Of a stretch of DNA of 64,000 bases, positions 26,865 to 41,356 are shown piece by piece (position 1 is the first letter of the stretch; each line of letters opens with the position of its first letter). The notes under the pieces are model-generated. The model was given only the letters and a program-made list of their open reading frames with translations. It searched no databases and was not told the origin of the DNA. The stretch comes from Laetmonice hystrix (taxonomy: Eukaryota), in the NCBI GenBank assembly GCA_965235115.1, contig OZ249436.1, positions 35,838,001 to 35,902,000 of the forward strand, read 5' to 3'. Position numbers and translations under genes: made by a program.

Positions 26865-28160
26865 TTTGTGTCCTGTCCGTACCCCATGGGGCATCTCGCT
26901 ACTCTAAAAGCAGCTACTTGTGCCATATTGTGCATGTGTAGCCCTTCTTTGAACGTCCTTAAATACAATATTTATAAGAGGTTTCACACTGTTGCGTCCT
27001 GAAAAACAAGACACAACTCGCATTTTGTCCTGTCCGTCCCCGTCGTCCTGTCCGTACCCCCTTGCTATAGGCTTTAATTTGATGACGTTTTATCAAGTGA
27101 ATATGACAATATGTTGATTATTTACTACTGGATAAACTGTAAAGGCAATAATACATTTAGTTCATGCAATATTTCGCTCAAAGTTTTAATACAAGGGAAA
27201 TTTACTGACGGGTTATGCACCACCTAAACTTATATGCTTCAAAAATGTATTTTAGTTCAGTAAATCTGGTGCTAATATTGTGATTACTGCATTAATTTGC
27301 AATACTTGCTACATTATATGTATAACAATCAGAAATTTAAAAGCTATCTGATTTCTGCTTTAATTTAATAGGCAGCACTGTAACCCGAAAATAATGAAGG
27401 GGGGACGGACAGGACATTATTTAAAGTGAAGGATGTGTGAACATAATCAGTTTCTGTTTGCATATATATTGCAGTGAGTGAGTGAGTGAGTGAGTGAGTG
27501 AGTGAGTGAGTAGTGGTGGTTTTCCGCCGTGTCGGCACCCGGGGTCATCTTCATGGCGAAAACAGGGTTAAAAGACCATAAAGTGAAAGGAACCCATTTT
27601 ACCCCGGCCCCAACGGGAATTGAAACAAACTCAATCCTGTCAGCCCAACAGGGCTATCGACGAGCCTGAACTATAAAAGAGTGAGAAGTCCAGCCTCTGG
27701 CAAAAACTCTAAAATCACATACTGGTCTGACATTGCTAAAAAGGTCCTTAAGACTTGTCTCATTATAAAACCGTTGTCTGATCAGAGTAAAATCACCACA
27801 CTCAAGTAAAAGATGCTTCAGTGTCAAAGGACACTGACAGCCATAACATTCTGGAGGTGGCTCCCCTTCAATAAAAACACGTGGATTAATCTAGAATGAC
27901 CAATCCTGCATCGAGTAAAAACAATTTCATGTCTACATTGGGTCACCTTTGGTTCACGACGGGACTGATCTGATACAATTTATTGTTTGGTTGTTCATCC
28001 AATTCGGCTTGCCATTTGTTCTTAACATAAGCCCAGATGGTATTGGTAGGTCTGAGATCAGATTGGACACGGTTTGACATCTGTTTCAAGAGCCCTCTTG
28101 GTCATTTGACGATCTGAATTTGGTTTGTCGGCAGCCCTGTCCTGTCCGTACCCCCATGGG
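26865..28160. repeat. Remnant of a repeat element marked by the motif tgtcctgtccgt(a)cccc in both orientations
   Basis: Motif at ~26869, ~27026, ~27045 and ~28138, and inverted (ggggacggacaggaca) at ~27401. It brackets the LINE fragment. Confidence 0.5.
27473..28125 (-). mobile_element. 5'-truncated LINE of the I/Nimb type (ORF2 C-terminus with CCHC zinc knuckle, 3' UTR and (ACTC)n tail)
   Basis: The minus strand encodes, with frameshifts and stops, KWQAELDEQPNNKLYQISP..RHEIVFTRCRIGHSRLIHVFLLKG/EPPPECYGCQCPLTLKHLLLECGDFTLIRQRFYNETSLKDLFSNV..ILEFLPEAGL*. It ends in ..ggcggaaaaccaccact(actc)n at 27473-27510. Confidence 0.88.
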
Positions 28161-31100
28161 ACACATGTTATTCGAAACCTGGTATCTCGAAAACAGAGTG
28201 CGAATGCTTCACAGGGTTTGTTATATTTGAATCCTGACACATTTCTGCAAAAATCATTGTATGACTTACTCCTATTTGAGGAAAAAAAAAATTGGACCAA
28301 TTTGCAAACCACTGGGTACCCTGATTGTGACTGAGCCGATAGTTCTCACACTCCGCTCGCAGCCGACGGCAGAAGAGGCCACTATTTTATGTGGCACTAT
28401 TGCTTTCATCATGATCAGCACCAAATTTACCAGAAAACTAAATTGTCTGGATAAAAAGTCACCTCTGTTGGTTGCCAAGACCTGTGTGACAGTGGATATC
28501 TATATTGCTATTATTTAGAACATAATAGCGCCTCTGTTCAAGGCCGATGTTCCATTTACTTTGTTACTGTATTCTGGAAAATCCTCATACTGCAAAATTA
28601 GTTATTTCGTTGACAGTGTCATACTACAGTCTAACTGCTGTTGAAGAGTTCAGCAGTATAAGTAGGCCCTATAATCAGGTGCATTGAATTACTCTATGAG
28701 GAATCCAAATTGTCCATGGCAGCAGTGATTATGCTGCTGCCTTTTGGCGTTTCCTTTTATGGATACCGTATTCGAATTTGGTACGTTATATGTCACTGAC
28801 GTCATTTATATGCCATGCAGTCCGTCTATGAAATCATGTCGCCAATTAAGAACATATATTTCCTGATACTTTTCGGATGATCTATAGTGCTGTCAAGTCT
28901 TCACTCTGTCTCTATGTGCCTTTCTCTACATTTTAAAGAATGCTTATACACCTTAATCTTTCCTGAAAATAAAATGAAGTTTAGAAAATCAAAATTCGTT
29001 GGACTGGCTGGTATTATGAAAGATAGCGAACGCCACAGTTATGTCTTTTGTGAATTTCGTTAGTGAGGAGAAACTGTTCCAACGAACGTCTTCTAGAAGA
29101 GATATACATGTACTACAATTTTTGATGTCTAGAGAGAGAAATGGTTAAATTTAATAACAGAGAATGGTTAAAGTTCGATCAGTACAGATGATCACCAGGT
29201 CTTATTTATATTTTCTGGTGATAGCGTATTCTGTGAACAGTTTCTGCCTTGAACCAGTTCATTTCATCAACATGAAAGTCTCTGTCGCTATAAATATCAA
29301 GATATTTAAAGTCAAATGTATTATAGGAATCAGACTGACTGTATACCTTCAAGGATGCCTGCATTGTAGGACGTTGAAAGGCCACTTTCTCGTAAGGCTT
29401 TCATGGGTGGATCACTTAGTATTAAGGTGTCGACCCTCAGGGGCCACTAATCTTAGGATAAGACGTCGGAGGGTCACTGACTTATGGGAGAGCGAGGGAT
29501 CATTGCCTTTTAGGAATATTGCTTTAAGTCCGAGTGTGGTACTGCCAATCCTTGGGCAGCAAGTATTTCATGCTCTATCAGCCTTGTTGTGGTCGTGCCA
29601 ACGGGTGCCATGGCAACTGATGCTATCGTATAACTAAAATCAGACCACAGGCAATTAGATTATGGCAAGGATATCGTGACGCTACTGTCGGGGAAACTGA
29701 CCAAAGCCAGATCACTATGCAGTATTCAGTGGGGCTTATCTAGAATATTGGAGAATACAGTCTTCATTACGAAGAGTAAAATCCGACCGACCTAGACACG
29801 TCTGGTACTGCCTCTAGAATATAAATGGACAGTGAAAATGTCTGGGTGTTAGAACTGACTGAGGCCTCCTTATTGTGTGTGACATTTGGCAGTGAGAATT
29901 GAAGGTCAGACTCGGAACAAGGAGGCCTTCTAACGACAGGTCCCTGTCTAATGAACCGCTTGAATAGGCTCGAACCGAACAGCTTTATTTCGGGGGCTGT
30001 CTAGACCTCTTAGCACAAAGGAGGTAGACTGCAATGATTATTGAAAATTTGAGATTGGGATATTGTTTTCACAGTAAACTAATGGATGAGGAGCAAAACC
30101 AAACATGGTCCAGGTGGAACTGCCAAAGGCAAATCTTCCAAGAATTCCAATTCAGTTCCCATCTGAAGCCGCGGAAATTGATTCCTTATATGAAGTGACA
30201 GCTCTTGATTCCTTATCCGGCGCTCGTGCTGCTCATCCAGACTAGTAAAACAGAGCCCAGCTGTGACCTTTTGGGGCACAGTGGGGGAACGATTTGTTTG
30301 GCTGATTTCATTTTACCCAAAGGACATGCCCCCGTTTATCTAGCTCACAATAAAAACAGGGTTGCAGCCATTTCAACCATAGAATATACGAGAACTATTT
30401 TATGTTTGAGAACTTTGGGAATGCTTTAGGGATGCAACATTGAGGTACATTAGAAAGAAACAGAATCAGTCGTGTATTGAGCAATCTACGGCGTTACGGA
30501 TAGCCGAACGTCTGTGGATTTAGATGCATGTGTACATGAATAAATATTTACCGCTACCCGAAAACGACTGAATTATTGAAGTAGTAATTACCCATATACT
30601 GATTGAAACAGCGTTATACATTCAAACCGCATGTGATGTAGGTTGCGTGTGTGATACAGGGGTAGCCTTTAGTTGGGGCCGTGTGGGGTTAAGGTTAACC
30701 ATGGGGGAGAATTCTGCTTAGTTGACGTCGTTGGTCTTGTTCAGGTAGACAGACTAGGTGTGGATGCATGCCCCCGGAGTATGGGTCTGTGGTGACACCC
30801 AATGTGGATCATTTCTTTTCAAACCGACACATATATATGTTACCACTTACTATGGAAATTTGCCCTTCTCAAGGTTAACCTGAGAAAGTCTGGCAGTGCC
30901 TTAATTCAGTTATTGTTCACCGTCCAAGTTGCATACGTTGATTGAAGTTCAGAGCAGAATTCCAATCCTGTGACCTTTCCAAACTGCTCGAGTGGCAGAA
31001 ATGGAGAGAAAATAATGGAGATGTCGCCTGTAGAGTCAGACAACCTGCCTAGGTCTACCTCGTGAACAATGGATGCATCAATAGGCCCTATCCATCCAGC

Positions 31101-31723
31101 ACGTGGCTCTGTTTGTCTTGTTGAAAAAAGGGAGAAGTCTTTTGACCTGATTAATGTTCTCGCTGTATGGCAGTCTACTTTTCCATTCTGGTTGCTAGTA
31201 TAAGTAATGAATTTTAAAAAGGGAGACAGAGAAAGTTATTTGACGTGAGTCAGTCCCAAGTGTTTACTTAGCCCCTTCTAGTAAGAAAACCATGAAACGC
31301 AAGTTTTCCAAGAACCTTTCAAAGGGCCGATGGCTAACGAACGGTTAGCCTAGAGATGGCTACACCAGTCTGATGGCCAGATTCTGACTAATTGTACCGG
31401 CCTCTATTCAGGCCAGGCAAATAGAGTTGACTTTTTTTCAGGTCGAGTTTAGTATCCAGAGGGAATTAATGTAGGCCAGGATGTGGTTGAATGTACGCAG
31501 GTGTACATAACAAATACCTGCTGTGTTTTTCTCAACAACAGACCAGGAGGTATGCCTATAGCCACCAAACTGTATCACCCTCCCCATACACAACAGGTCC
31601 CCCCATCGCAGTGGTTTTCCTGGGATCTTCCTCGAAGTCAGGGACCCGGGTATCCATGGCAACCAGACATACCTCGCCGCCAGTGCTGCGGCATCAGTGC
31701 TGAATCGTAAATCGTGGGCTTTG

Positions 31724-31757
31724 CTGGTGGTGGTGGTGGTGGTGGTGGTGGTGGTGG
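31724..31757 (+). repeat. (GGT)n microsatellite followed by a G run
   Basis: About 11 GGT/GTG units. It explains the poly-V and poly-T ORFs in the track. Confidence 0.9.
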
Positions 31758-33914
31758 GGGGGGGGTCATTGCTCCGTGAACGTGTACACTGGACAGAATC
31801 CAGGAGACACCACTGTGAGCGGACTCTAGCTGACATTTACCAGAAGGCGGGCCTGCAGGCAGTGCGCATTTACCTCACAAACGAGGAGGAAGGAGCCGAC
31901 TTAGGCCACTAGCTCTTGCCGGGATGGGGTGGCTACATCCGAGTTGGTTGTTTCATCTGGTTTAATCAGCACCACTGAATGTTTGGTTTTGGGATGACGT
32001 CTTATCAGATGACCCTCACAGCACCTGAGAGTCGCGCTCCCACAAACCGTGGATTCTACTTTTAGCAGATTTGACGGTGAATTTAGGATGAGTAACGATG
32101 AGTTTTCACGTCATAGAGAATATTGCGGTGCCCTAAAAAGTGTTGATAGGCTAAAAAAAAAAATTACAGGCAGATTAATTAACGTGTTCCCGTCAGCGTA
32201 ATTAATTTTACATACGGTTTTGTTGCGGTAATCTTCTAAGAGTAAGAATAGGGTGGCTCGGAATTTGTGCACTATGGTATGGCTTCTTAACATTAGTTTG
32301 TCACAACTCCTGGTAAAGTACTCGCCTAATCAAAAGTTATTATCATGTAATTTCTTTTATCCTTTTTTGTGTGTTTCATTTAGGAAACTTACTTTATCAA
32401 AATCAACCGTTATCTTACGGATTTGGGATAATGCATGAAAAGGTTTCAAAAGACATTTTTTCGGTCATCCGGTTAATGCTGTTTCTGATGTAGCTGTGGG
32501 TGTTTCCTTGACCAACTTCTTACAGAATGTAATCTCGCTCTTTAGCAATCAATGACAGTTCACATGATGACAGTTTGAGGGCGGTTAAAAACAACAACTA
32601 AGTTTCTATACTTTTAAGTATGGCTAGAAAATACAATTTTTTCTAAATACGTTTATTGTAGTTAATACGAACTGCGGAAATGGTAGGGGCATGCATGGGA
32701 GCGTCAGTGGTAGGAATGGGGGCGTCAGGAGAAGTGGTGGGATGTATGTTGGGCATCATTGGTTAGTATGGGGGTGTCTCTACATCCTGCCTCCCCCTCC
32801 CACTTCTAGCACTTCCATATGATGGTTTCTTCTACAATCAACCAAAGATATAGAAAAATCAATGTATCCATACTCTTGTTAGCCGGCCTTCCGATGAGAT
32901 AAAACGTAGCAATCAGGCTACGGTGTCTCACTGTGTAGACCAGCCGAACAAAGCATCTAAATACATGTGTACATTGCTTTGTGCAACGTTTCTACCAAGA
33001 CATCTTTCTTTCAACGACTTTTAGCCGCCTGTTAGGTAAAAAAAAATCGCCTTGAAGCTGGCCATTGACTACAGCGAGCTGCTTGTGACTGTGTAGGTTG
33101 GTCATGTTTGTGTTGGCCTCACAGGTTTTGTGTCTGTGTGCCTTTCGGAGTCAGGGCTCAAACCGTCACGAGGTATGTCCAGGGTGTTTGTATGCATGAA
33201 AACACCCCAACCCCCGCAATCCAGGCGCCTTTTCATTCAGAAAGAGTCCGGAGGTGTTTTTGTGTACCGTAGAATGGATCATATTGTAATGTTTACAATA
33301 GCAGCAGCTTCATGCTAATTGATGCACATATTCACGTTGGTGTTGAGAGGGTGAGCCTCTGTCCAAGAATAATAGGTCGCCATTGAGTGTTAAAAACGCC
33401 CATGTGTGTCACTTTTTACAACTGGGTGATCCCGTTTGGGGAGAACATTGTTTGTCAAGTTGGACCGGGGAAGCTGGACTTCCTGTGAGTTGCCAATGAA
33501 GCGGTTTGTTTATGGAAACCACAAGACGTAGTTTTTCTGACTGGTTTCACCTCCCCGCGTACCCTGCTGTGATTCAAGCCGCAGGCTGTTTGAAATTAAC
33601 TTGATGCCTGACGGTGGCTGCTCTTTCAGCTGAGTTGTCGCCTTCACTATATATTGTCACCAGACACGACCCTCGTGTCTTTCATAAGTTGTTTCCTAAA
33701 TCTTGATCATTAATTAGGATACAGTACCGGTAATTTGAAGCCAGCCGATCAGATTCCTCAATCCTAATGTTTCAGTCGCAAGATCTTGCTATTAATTCTA
33801 ATCTGTACTGACACAAAGGATTGATCTTACATTTCTTGAGGAAACGGATTTATCAGACGAAAGAGACAAGAATTGAAAATTTGTTATTTAACATGGTGTT
33901 TTTCTTTTTCACAG

Positions 33915-34013
33915 GATTGCGAACGTGGGATGTTGACGCTACGGGATGTGATATTAATGCTGAACTGCAGGCGCTCGCCAACGCCGCCCCGACTGGCGAA
34001 GAGGGACCTAATG
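33915..34013 (+). CDS. futsch: Internal coding exon (99 nt, phase 1-1) of the MAP1-family/futsch gene
   Basis: Acceptor tttctttttcacag ends at 33914 and donor gtaggc starts at 34014. Translation (G)LRTWDVDATGCDINAELQALANAAPTGEEGPN(G) resembles the MAP1B/Futsch N-terminal block G(L/F/I)xSWDxxxxxCxLxxEL...EG. Its phase joins in frame to the exon at 44741. Confidence 0.9.
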
Positions 34014-35749
34014 GTAGGCATTCACTGAGAGTTTCACTCAATCTTCACAGACTCACTAATGTTATCCATTTACAAGCAGTTGATTTTTCGTCAGGAATTA
34101 ATTAAATCAGCGTCATACACGATATATGGCATTATCAACCTTTTGTCATGAATTTCCCAGCATATTATAGGTTTTTAAGTCACCTTGATTTGTACAACTG
34201 CCAAGTTAGAATTAGACAAAGTGATGGGTAATGTCAACTTTCTGGCAGGGACGGGGTTTTTTTTACAGGAAAGCCCATGAATTGCACACTGTAGAAGTAA
34301 ATGAACTTTGAAAGTGATTCTACATTCTTGGACCATTTTGAAGATTCATTTTCTAGAATGAAAAATTATGAAATTGAGAATTGTCAGGTTCAGCCCACTG
34401 TAGTGCAGTATATGACACGAGTAGCCAGCTCAGTTGTCTTTCCTTAGGGCCTCACAAGTCGGAGCTCAGTCTCAGTGCAGTGTTGATCATATGTATTAGA
34501 ATACTAAAGTACTTTTTACTCCTATAAAAAGAATCATTTAGTCAGCTGAAAGGCAAAGTAAGGTAAATCTGAAGGTCGGCGTGTCGGGGTCACATGAACC
34601 CATGTGGATGGGACGTGTCCTCCGGAGGTGAATGTGTAGACTAACGTTCCAGCTGAAATCAAGGCACGACCCTGGTTGTAAGTACCAGAGTCGGGTGTCT
34701 TTTTAAGTTTTCAGCCATTTATGTGTACCTGTTACTTATGTTACCATTACATGGTTCCTGTTACTCTGTCCGTGCTACTCATTCTTCAGGTTCAAAAGAA
34801 GCATCGTGTTTGCAGGCGTCAGAGCAGAAAGTAAATTTAAGGGGTGTAGAAAAGGTGTGGAGAAAAGGTTTAGATGATGATCTTAAACAGAGAGAAATAA
34901 GAACAGTTTTCTACATGATACCTGAAGAGTAACATAAGGAGGTAGCTACATCAAGTTCGCTCCTGTCTATTTACTTGGAATAGTTTTATTTATCAAATGT
35001 AATATGTTCTGGTTGTTATAGACATGTTGTTCATAACAAATGCGAAACTATTGATCTGGATCAATTTCGCTTGGCCACCTAATGTACAAATCCCCAAGTA
35101 TGTGACCGAATAATCGGCTTAATCTGTGGACGAATTCGCCCACATGGCATAATAAGTTCCTGATCACCCTCCTCCCGCCCTCCCTCCCTCCCTTCCCGTC
35201 AAACAGGGGTATGCAAAAGCTTTGAATAGGGTCTGCACGGGAATATCAAGGTAGCGTTTTGGGAAGTGCTCCTCTTGGCAAGTCATTAGAAACAGAACCA
35301 TGATGAGGAGACACTGGTTACGATTTTAATGCAGTCATGAAAAACTTGCCATCTAGGCACTTCGGTTTGGAGGCCATGTTGACATGGGTACCCACTATCA
35401 CTGATGTATGTCTGTCTAGGTCAGACAGCAGCAGGGGACCAGGTTGACTGACATTTCTGGCATTGCCCGTTTTTCATACTGCACAGCCAGGTGTCTTCTC
35501 AAACAGGGTAAAATAAAACGGTTATGCAGAAGATATCTTGCCATGTAGATTCTGGTGAGGGATTTGAGAAACTTTCAATACGTAATGTACGTAACGTTTT
35601 GGTTCAGCTTCAGGTCGTTTTCCTGATCTCCACATAAACTCGGTGAAAAGGCAGGCAGAAAAAAGTTGTAAAGAGTTAGAAAAACTGAAGTCAAACTTTC
35701 CCTAAAGTTATTAAACAGGGAAGATTCGGAAGCCGAACCTCATTGACTT

Positions 35750-36400
35750 TATAAATCACGTTTGCTGAGCCTGAGTGACATACAAGGGTTCAGTAAGGTA
35801 CCACCGATGGTCGTAGCCCAGGATCCGTCGACTGCCTGAACAGCAGCAGCAGCAGCACGAGGAACCGGCTTCCACATGCCTGGAAGATGATCAAGGCTGA
35901 CTTCTGGCACAAGTGATGACATACATAATGGAAGTGGGAGAAAGTGGGTCATGGCTGCTGTGTGGGGAGGAGACTAGGTCTGGTATGGAGGCTGGGTGAG
36001 TGAATGAGTGGGTGAGGCGGTCTCGAAGGTTTACAGGATAGCGTGGCAGGGAGATGCCATTGGGTCATCGGCTCCCCTGGTAGTTGGAAGCGTTTGGGCA
36101 GGGAATGCTTGATGATGTTATTATTGGGTACACGGGGACTATCCCTCAGTGCGGTAAGCCACTCCTGTCACTCGACGGAGCAAAGGTTGTCAGATTAAGC
36201 ACAGTTAAACAGGGAAAAATCTGTTATAGAATTATAACATTTGATACTGTTGGAAAGGTAGGCCAAGGCTGTAAGTCTGAGTCAGGTGTATAGAATAGAA
36301 GGTAGACCAACCAAATACCAGCTCCCATTCAACACAGTCACCCCCTTCAAGTTCCAGCCTTGCTGTCTGCACCAAGTTGGTTTACCAATAGCCATCCCTT
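35750..36400 (-). mobile_element. Possible degenerate LINE endonuclease (APE) remnant
   Basis: Minus-strand fragments in the expected order: VIIL..DF (~36215-36240), SIPDLV (~35971-35990) and SLDHLP (~35881-35898). Weak. Confidence 0.25.
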
Positions 36401-39400
36401 CAAGTCCCAGCCACTTAGTGCATACCTACCTGTCGGGGAAACTTCCGAGTCATATCAATTGTATCAGAACATGTTTGAAGATTGAAAAGACACTATTCGA
36501 AAAAAGTTACATGCCAAAATCACTGGGTAGGTGTAGAAACGGTGCAACGCAATCTTAGGTAACCTTTGTTTCTTTACAGTTCAGAAAATTGATCACACAG
36601 CCTTTTGTATATTGAAAGTTTTTGAAACTAGGGAGGGTATAGATTATTATATCAAACAATTTTACCGTATCGTCGGGGAGGCCAACCTTTCAAAATGCGG
36701 CTATGATACAGACGCCTGCCCAAAGTGAAGATACGCTCGTCGGGACAGGTCCGAACTTGTGACGTCAGATTGACCAGCACCTGTGATGAAACTGGAAGTT
36801 TATCATGATATTAACGAAGGAGGCAAATGTCGAGAACTCCGGCGTTGAATGGTCGGCCCTGAGGGCATGTCTTAACAACATGTCTTAACGACGTGTGTAT
36901 GACTTCACCGTCAAGACAGCTTTCCATGTGTCAACGACTCGACGTGTCGGCTTTGTGGGTGGGGCAGGGCGGGGGGTTCCATTGAGTGCAGTCTGAATCC
37001 CCTGTTGGGACAGAATTAGATACCCCCATCTCTTGAGTAAGGGAAAAAATACCAGCATTCATGGAGTGCGTCGCCGGAGTTAACCCATAGCTCACCCCCA
37101 GTCCTCTTGGGGCTATGGTAGCAGTATAAAGGGGTTGTCTGTGCCTACAGGTGAGTCTGTGTAGGGGTGTGTGAATGGGATACCGCCCAGCAGTAGTCAG
37201 TGTCGGACCAGCCCCCTTTATGTACTGAGCAGAACCCCTGTAATTGGCGCTAAATGATGGGCGGAAGGTGAGGAGATGGGTGGTCAACATGACAGCAGGT
37301 ACTCACTGTACTAGCGGGTGGATTCACCCCAACGCAAACATAGCGTTCAGTACTGCACGAAGTAGGTAGAGGGAAACTTAGTTTGTTTTCCTGTGGCAAA
37401 GTCAAGTCCTAATAACACCCCGAGGTCACATAGTTGAACATGATTGTTGAAGGTTACATTTTCCGGACCAGGAGGATTTGAATTGACATTTAGACACACA
37501 AATCGTGCTGTGTGAAGATCCAGCCCTGATGGTTTGAGGTCACACCGAGGTCACCTTGCCGGATGGCTCAGTCGTTGGGGAGTCCGGCCTCGCCAGAATG
37601 AATGCATGAACCATCCCGGGACCATGTGTGCATCCTGAACGACTTTGGCACAGTATCCACTAGATTACGTGAGGATTTTGAATGGATATGATGGAACTAG
37701 GTAGCAAACAAGTGTAAAGTAGATGGGGGGAATGACAGGCTTTGCGGTCATCCTCAGTGTTAGCAGCGCGTTGAGTTCACACTCATGATGGCTTGAGGTC
37801 AAACTGAAGTCAAGAAACTCCAGCAAGGATCAAGGTTGTAAGCTGTAATGGACTTCTTAACAAGGATGCCTACTTAAAATAACTACCGATACTTGAATTT
37901 CAGTTATCATAGTTACTGCACTCCGTATAACAGAATCCATTATCGTATATTTTGTCTTCTGACAAGGTCAAATTTATCGGAGGAAATATATTTTCAAAGG
38001 TGCTTACAAATCTGCGGTCATATGTGTCACTTAGGAATCCACATTATTCAAAACTCCGAACCCTGTATGCATTTCATACACGCAAACATGAACATATGAA
38101 ATATGCAATTTTCCTAGTGACATAAATAATCACTGCCTTCACACATAACACTACACTTCCCTCTGTATGTACCAGTGGTCTTTTGCTGTTCGTTTTAGCG
38201 GTTGTGGATGAGAAACGTAAGTAGTTTGGCAACATCTGGTGTGATAGCTTTTAGTTCACGAGCAGGGTCGTGGTAAACTGTTGTCTGCACACACGCGCAT
38301 ACACACACACTGCTTCATACTTGATTTTCACAGCACAGTGTAATTATGCTTTACATATTCAGACTCAGTTAAATCGAAATAAATTAATTTTTGTTGAGGC
38401 AGTAGCGACATTATAAAACCATATTTCCCGAGAGATAAGAGGGTATTACTGCCGTGTAAAGGATACTACAATGTATATTAATAGGCATTCTCACTGCACT
38501 GCAGCTAGCCATATCTTAGTGCACTGCCTACAAAATATGTTGGGAATGTGACAAAAATACATGTACAGGATTACAAGACAGTGTCAGTTGACAAATTATA
38601 TATAAACGTAGTTATGTAGCTGGAGGATATATGACACTGGTCACAAAATAAATAATTAATGGAATGATGAAGAAGACAATAACTTTGAGCTAATAGTGAA
38701 CATTACATGTGTGATTTGTCCGTTGCACGTCGTGTCTTTGCGTGAACAAGTGGCAAGTTATTGACTAACACATCCATTTCGATACTGCCTGGACTGTAGG
38801 TTTATTGACTGAAGAATTCGAACGGACAGATAAGAATATTCTGTCCAATTTATTTTTGCCAGGCTATGAATTGTTATCGGTGTCTTGGATGAGGTTAACC
38901 CTTGGTACCATGTCTATACTGAGTGATGGTTCCCAGGCCAGGAGTTGTCTTCCTGATATAATTATATCACGTGGTACGTCGTGAACCATGAGTCACCCAT
39001 ACTGGGCAACCACCTCAGGCCTTCCTGGTGAAAGGAAAAATTTGCTTTTGTATATGGTTTCCTTCTTGTTGAATGGAGAATAGCGCCCGAGAATGACTTA
39101 TATGAATGCGTATAAAGATGCAGACAATATCGTGTGTGGTGATACTGCGAGGATGATGACGTGTTATTCATGATCAAGTGAATGCCTTTTGCTGGCTGCC
39201 ATGGCTGGTTGCAGTGTCCCAGGTGGGGGCGGCCAGCGGACGGTAACCTTTGTGTTGGACCTGTCAAGGAGAGCGTTACCTGGGGAGGGAATAACATTGT
39301 TGTGGCTATGGTAGACTGACTGACTGGGTGCGATGACTCATACTCTCACCTAATATCACAGTCACACCACTCCAGACGATGGTTCTATGAATGATGTGCA

Positions 39401-41356
39401 AACATTTAATAGGTCATCGCCAAAACCAGGCTAAATGCATCTAAATTTTGCATTAAAATTCTCTGATTGCCTGTATTGTCACATTATAATATGCCAGCCC
39501 CCGTGAATATAGTAATTGCCCACTTCAAGCGGAGCCAGAGACAATAACGGTACCGAGTGAGACCTACTCCTTGACGTCACACTCCGCGGCTGAAAGCATC
39601 ATTAAAGATTCTCAACATTCTCTATTCTAAGTGAATGCATATCATCTATAACAAATTAACCAAGCAAAAGCCTACTGATTGTTTGTCAGGAGTATTGTGA
39701 AAAGCGGTTGGTTTCAGCTCACTTGGAGATAAAAAAGAAATATAACTTTAGACGGAGTGCAGTAGTAGCAGGTGTATCATAAAACCCTGCTGAGTATCAG
39801 GAGAGTGTCTGCTTGTCACCACGTATGACAGATATATAGCCGGGGTGACCGAGGTGGATTATAAAAGGGACATGTGTAACTACTGACTGTAACTGGCTGG
39901 AAATCTGGGCGTCATTAAGAAGAGATTCCAAGTGTCCAGATCCAGTATGGTAATCTCAAGACATCAGCGCCGTTATGGCCCGTATCCTGGGGTCAGAATA
40001 ATTGATTTGTCTTATCTGACGTTTTAGTTGACACGTTTTCATGTGATCTGACCGACATTCACAGGTAAAGTCAAACGGTGTCATTGAAAAGAATTGAGTA
40101 AGGGTTGTGACCTTTTACGAAATATTAACCCCCGTGCATTAAAAAAAATTATACTGAAAGAAAAAAGAAGGGATCCCAGCCCTGTAAGTTGAAGATTAGT
40201 CCACCCAACCCTAGAGTACCCAGATTAAAGTCTGTCCGTATCCGAGGTGTCATTGGTGTTTACAGTTGTAGGAGATAAAGTGTCCCACGTTAAGAGTGGT
40301 CAGAATGTAGGGCAGGCAGGATGGCACCTGTCTGAGGCTGTCAGGCTGGCCGACCCTCACGTTCACCATACTAACTCGTTTGTCTGCAGACCTACTTGTG
40401 TCAGCCTTCACGGCGAGGAAGGAAGAGGGTAGTTCAGGGTGGGTTTGTCTGTGGCGTGTCGACGTCGGCTCCGGATGGGGCAGGGGAGGAAGCAACACGG
40501 GCACGATTGGCACGGGCACGATTGGCACAGGCACGATTGAGTCAGATGAGGGTTTAAAAATAATTGGTACATTTTGGACCTCGACTTAATTTGATTTAAA
40601 AAGATAGAAGTAGCCTACGATATTTTAATCGATTTGTGGCGAAATCAAAAGAAAAAGAAACTTTCTGAGTGTAATGATGCCTTCTATATGATGCATCGTG
40701 GTGTGGTAGGTTCACCCTGATTCAGCTGGTTTGTGGATCTTTTTCTGGCCAAGACAGTGAATCAGAGGATGATGCATCGAAGGAAAGCCCTCGAAGTTGA
40801 TTTAAAATATAGCATGGAATGGACGCTGATCAGGAAACAAAAAGATAATCCTTAGTTGGATGCCTTAGTTAGATGATGTAGAATTATATCAGACAGATGA
40901 GCTATCTTACCGGATTGATTCACGGATAATCTATGCCGTAAAGTTATTATTGACTTCCCGATATAGCAGTATCTAACAGGAACCTCTGACCTCAGCTTCA
41001 CCATATATTATTAGTGTATATATGAAAGCCTGTGTATACACTTGTATACACCGGTACACTTTGAAACAGGGGAAATGTGTAATATTAAAGACATTTCAGC
41101 CTGTGAGAGCAGACAATGGAGTCGTGCAGATGGCGCCCTCGTCCATCATGATACGATCGATATTAGTGACGTGCTTTTAAATAGTTCTTCTGCCCAATGA
41201 AAATTTCGTACTAAATTTCAATGCTATGGACGGTTCGTAATATTTTACCAGCCCATCTCCATAGATTCACTTTGTGTAGCAGGGGTAGACGAGAGGCGGG
41301 ACACCCAGGGACTCCGTGGTGGCCGCCGCTATTTGACGTTATCATCCCTCCCGTCA

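Noticed and set aside
31438..31912. ORFs with poly-Val / poly-Thr resembling a signal or membrane segment
   Set aside because: Produced by the (GGT)n microsatellite.
40496..40540. 15-bp x3 repeat containing ATTGG (CCAAT boxes)
   Set aside because: A short slippage repeat with no other promoter evidence.
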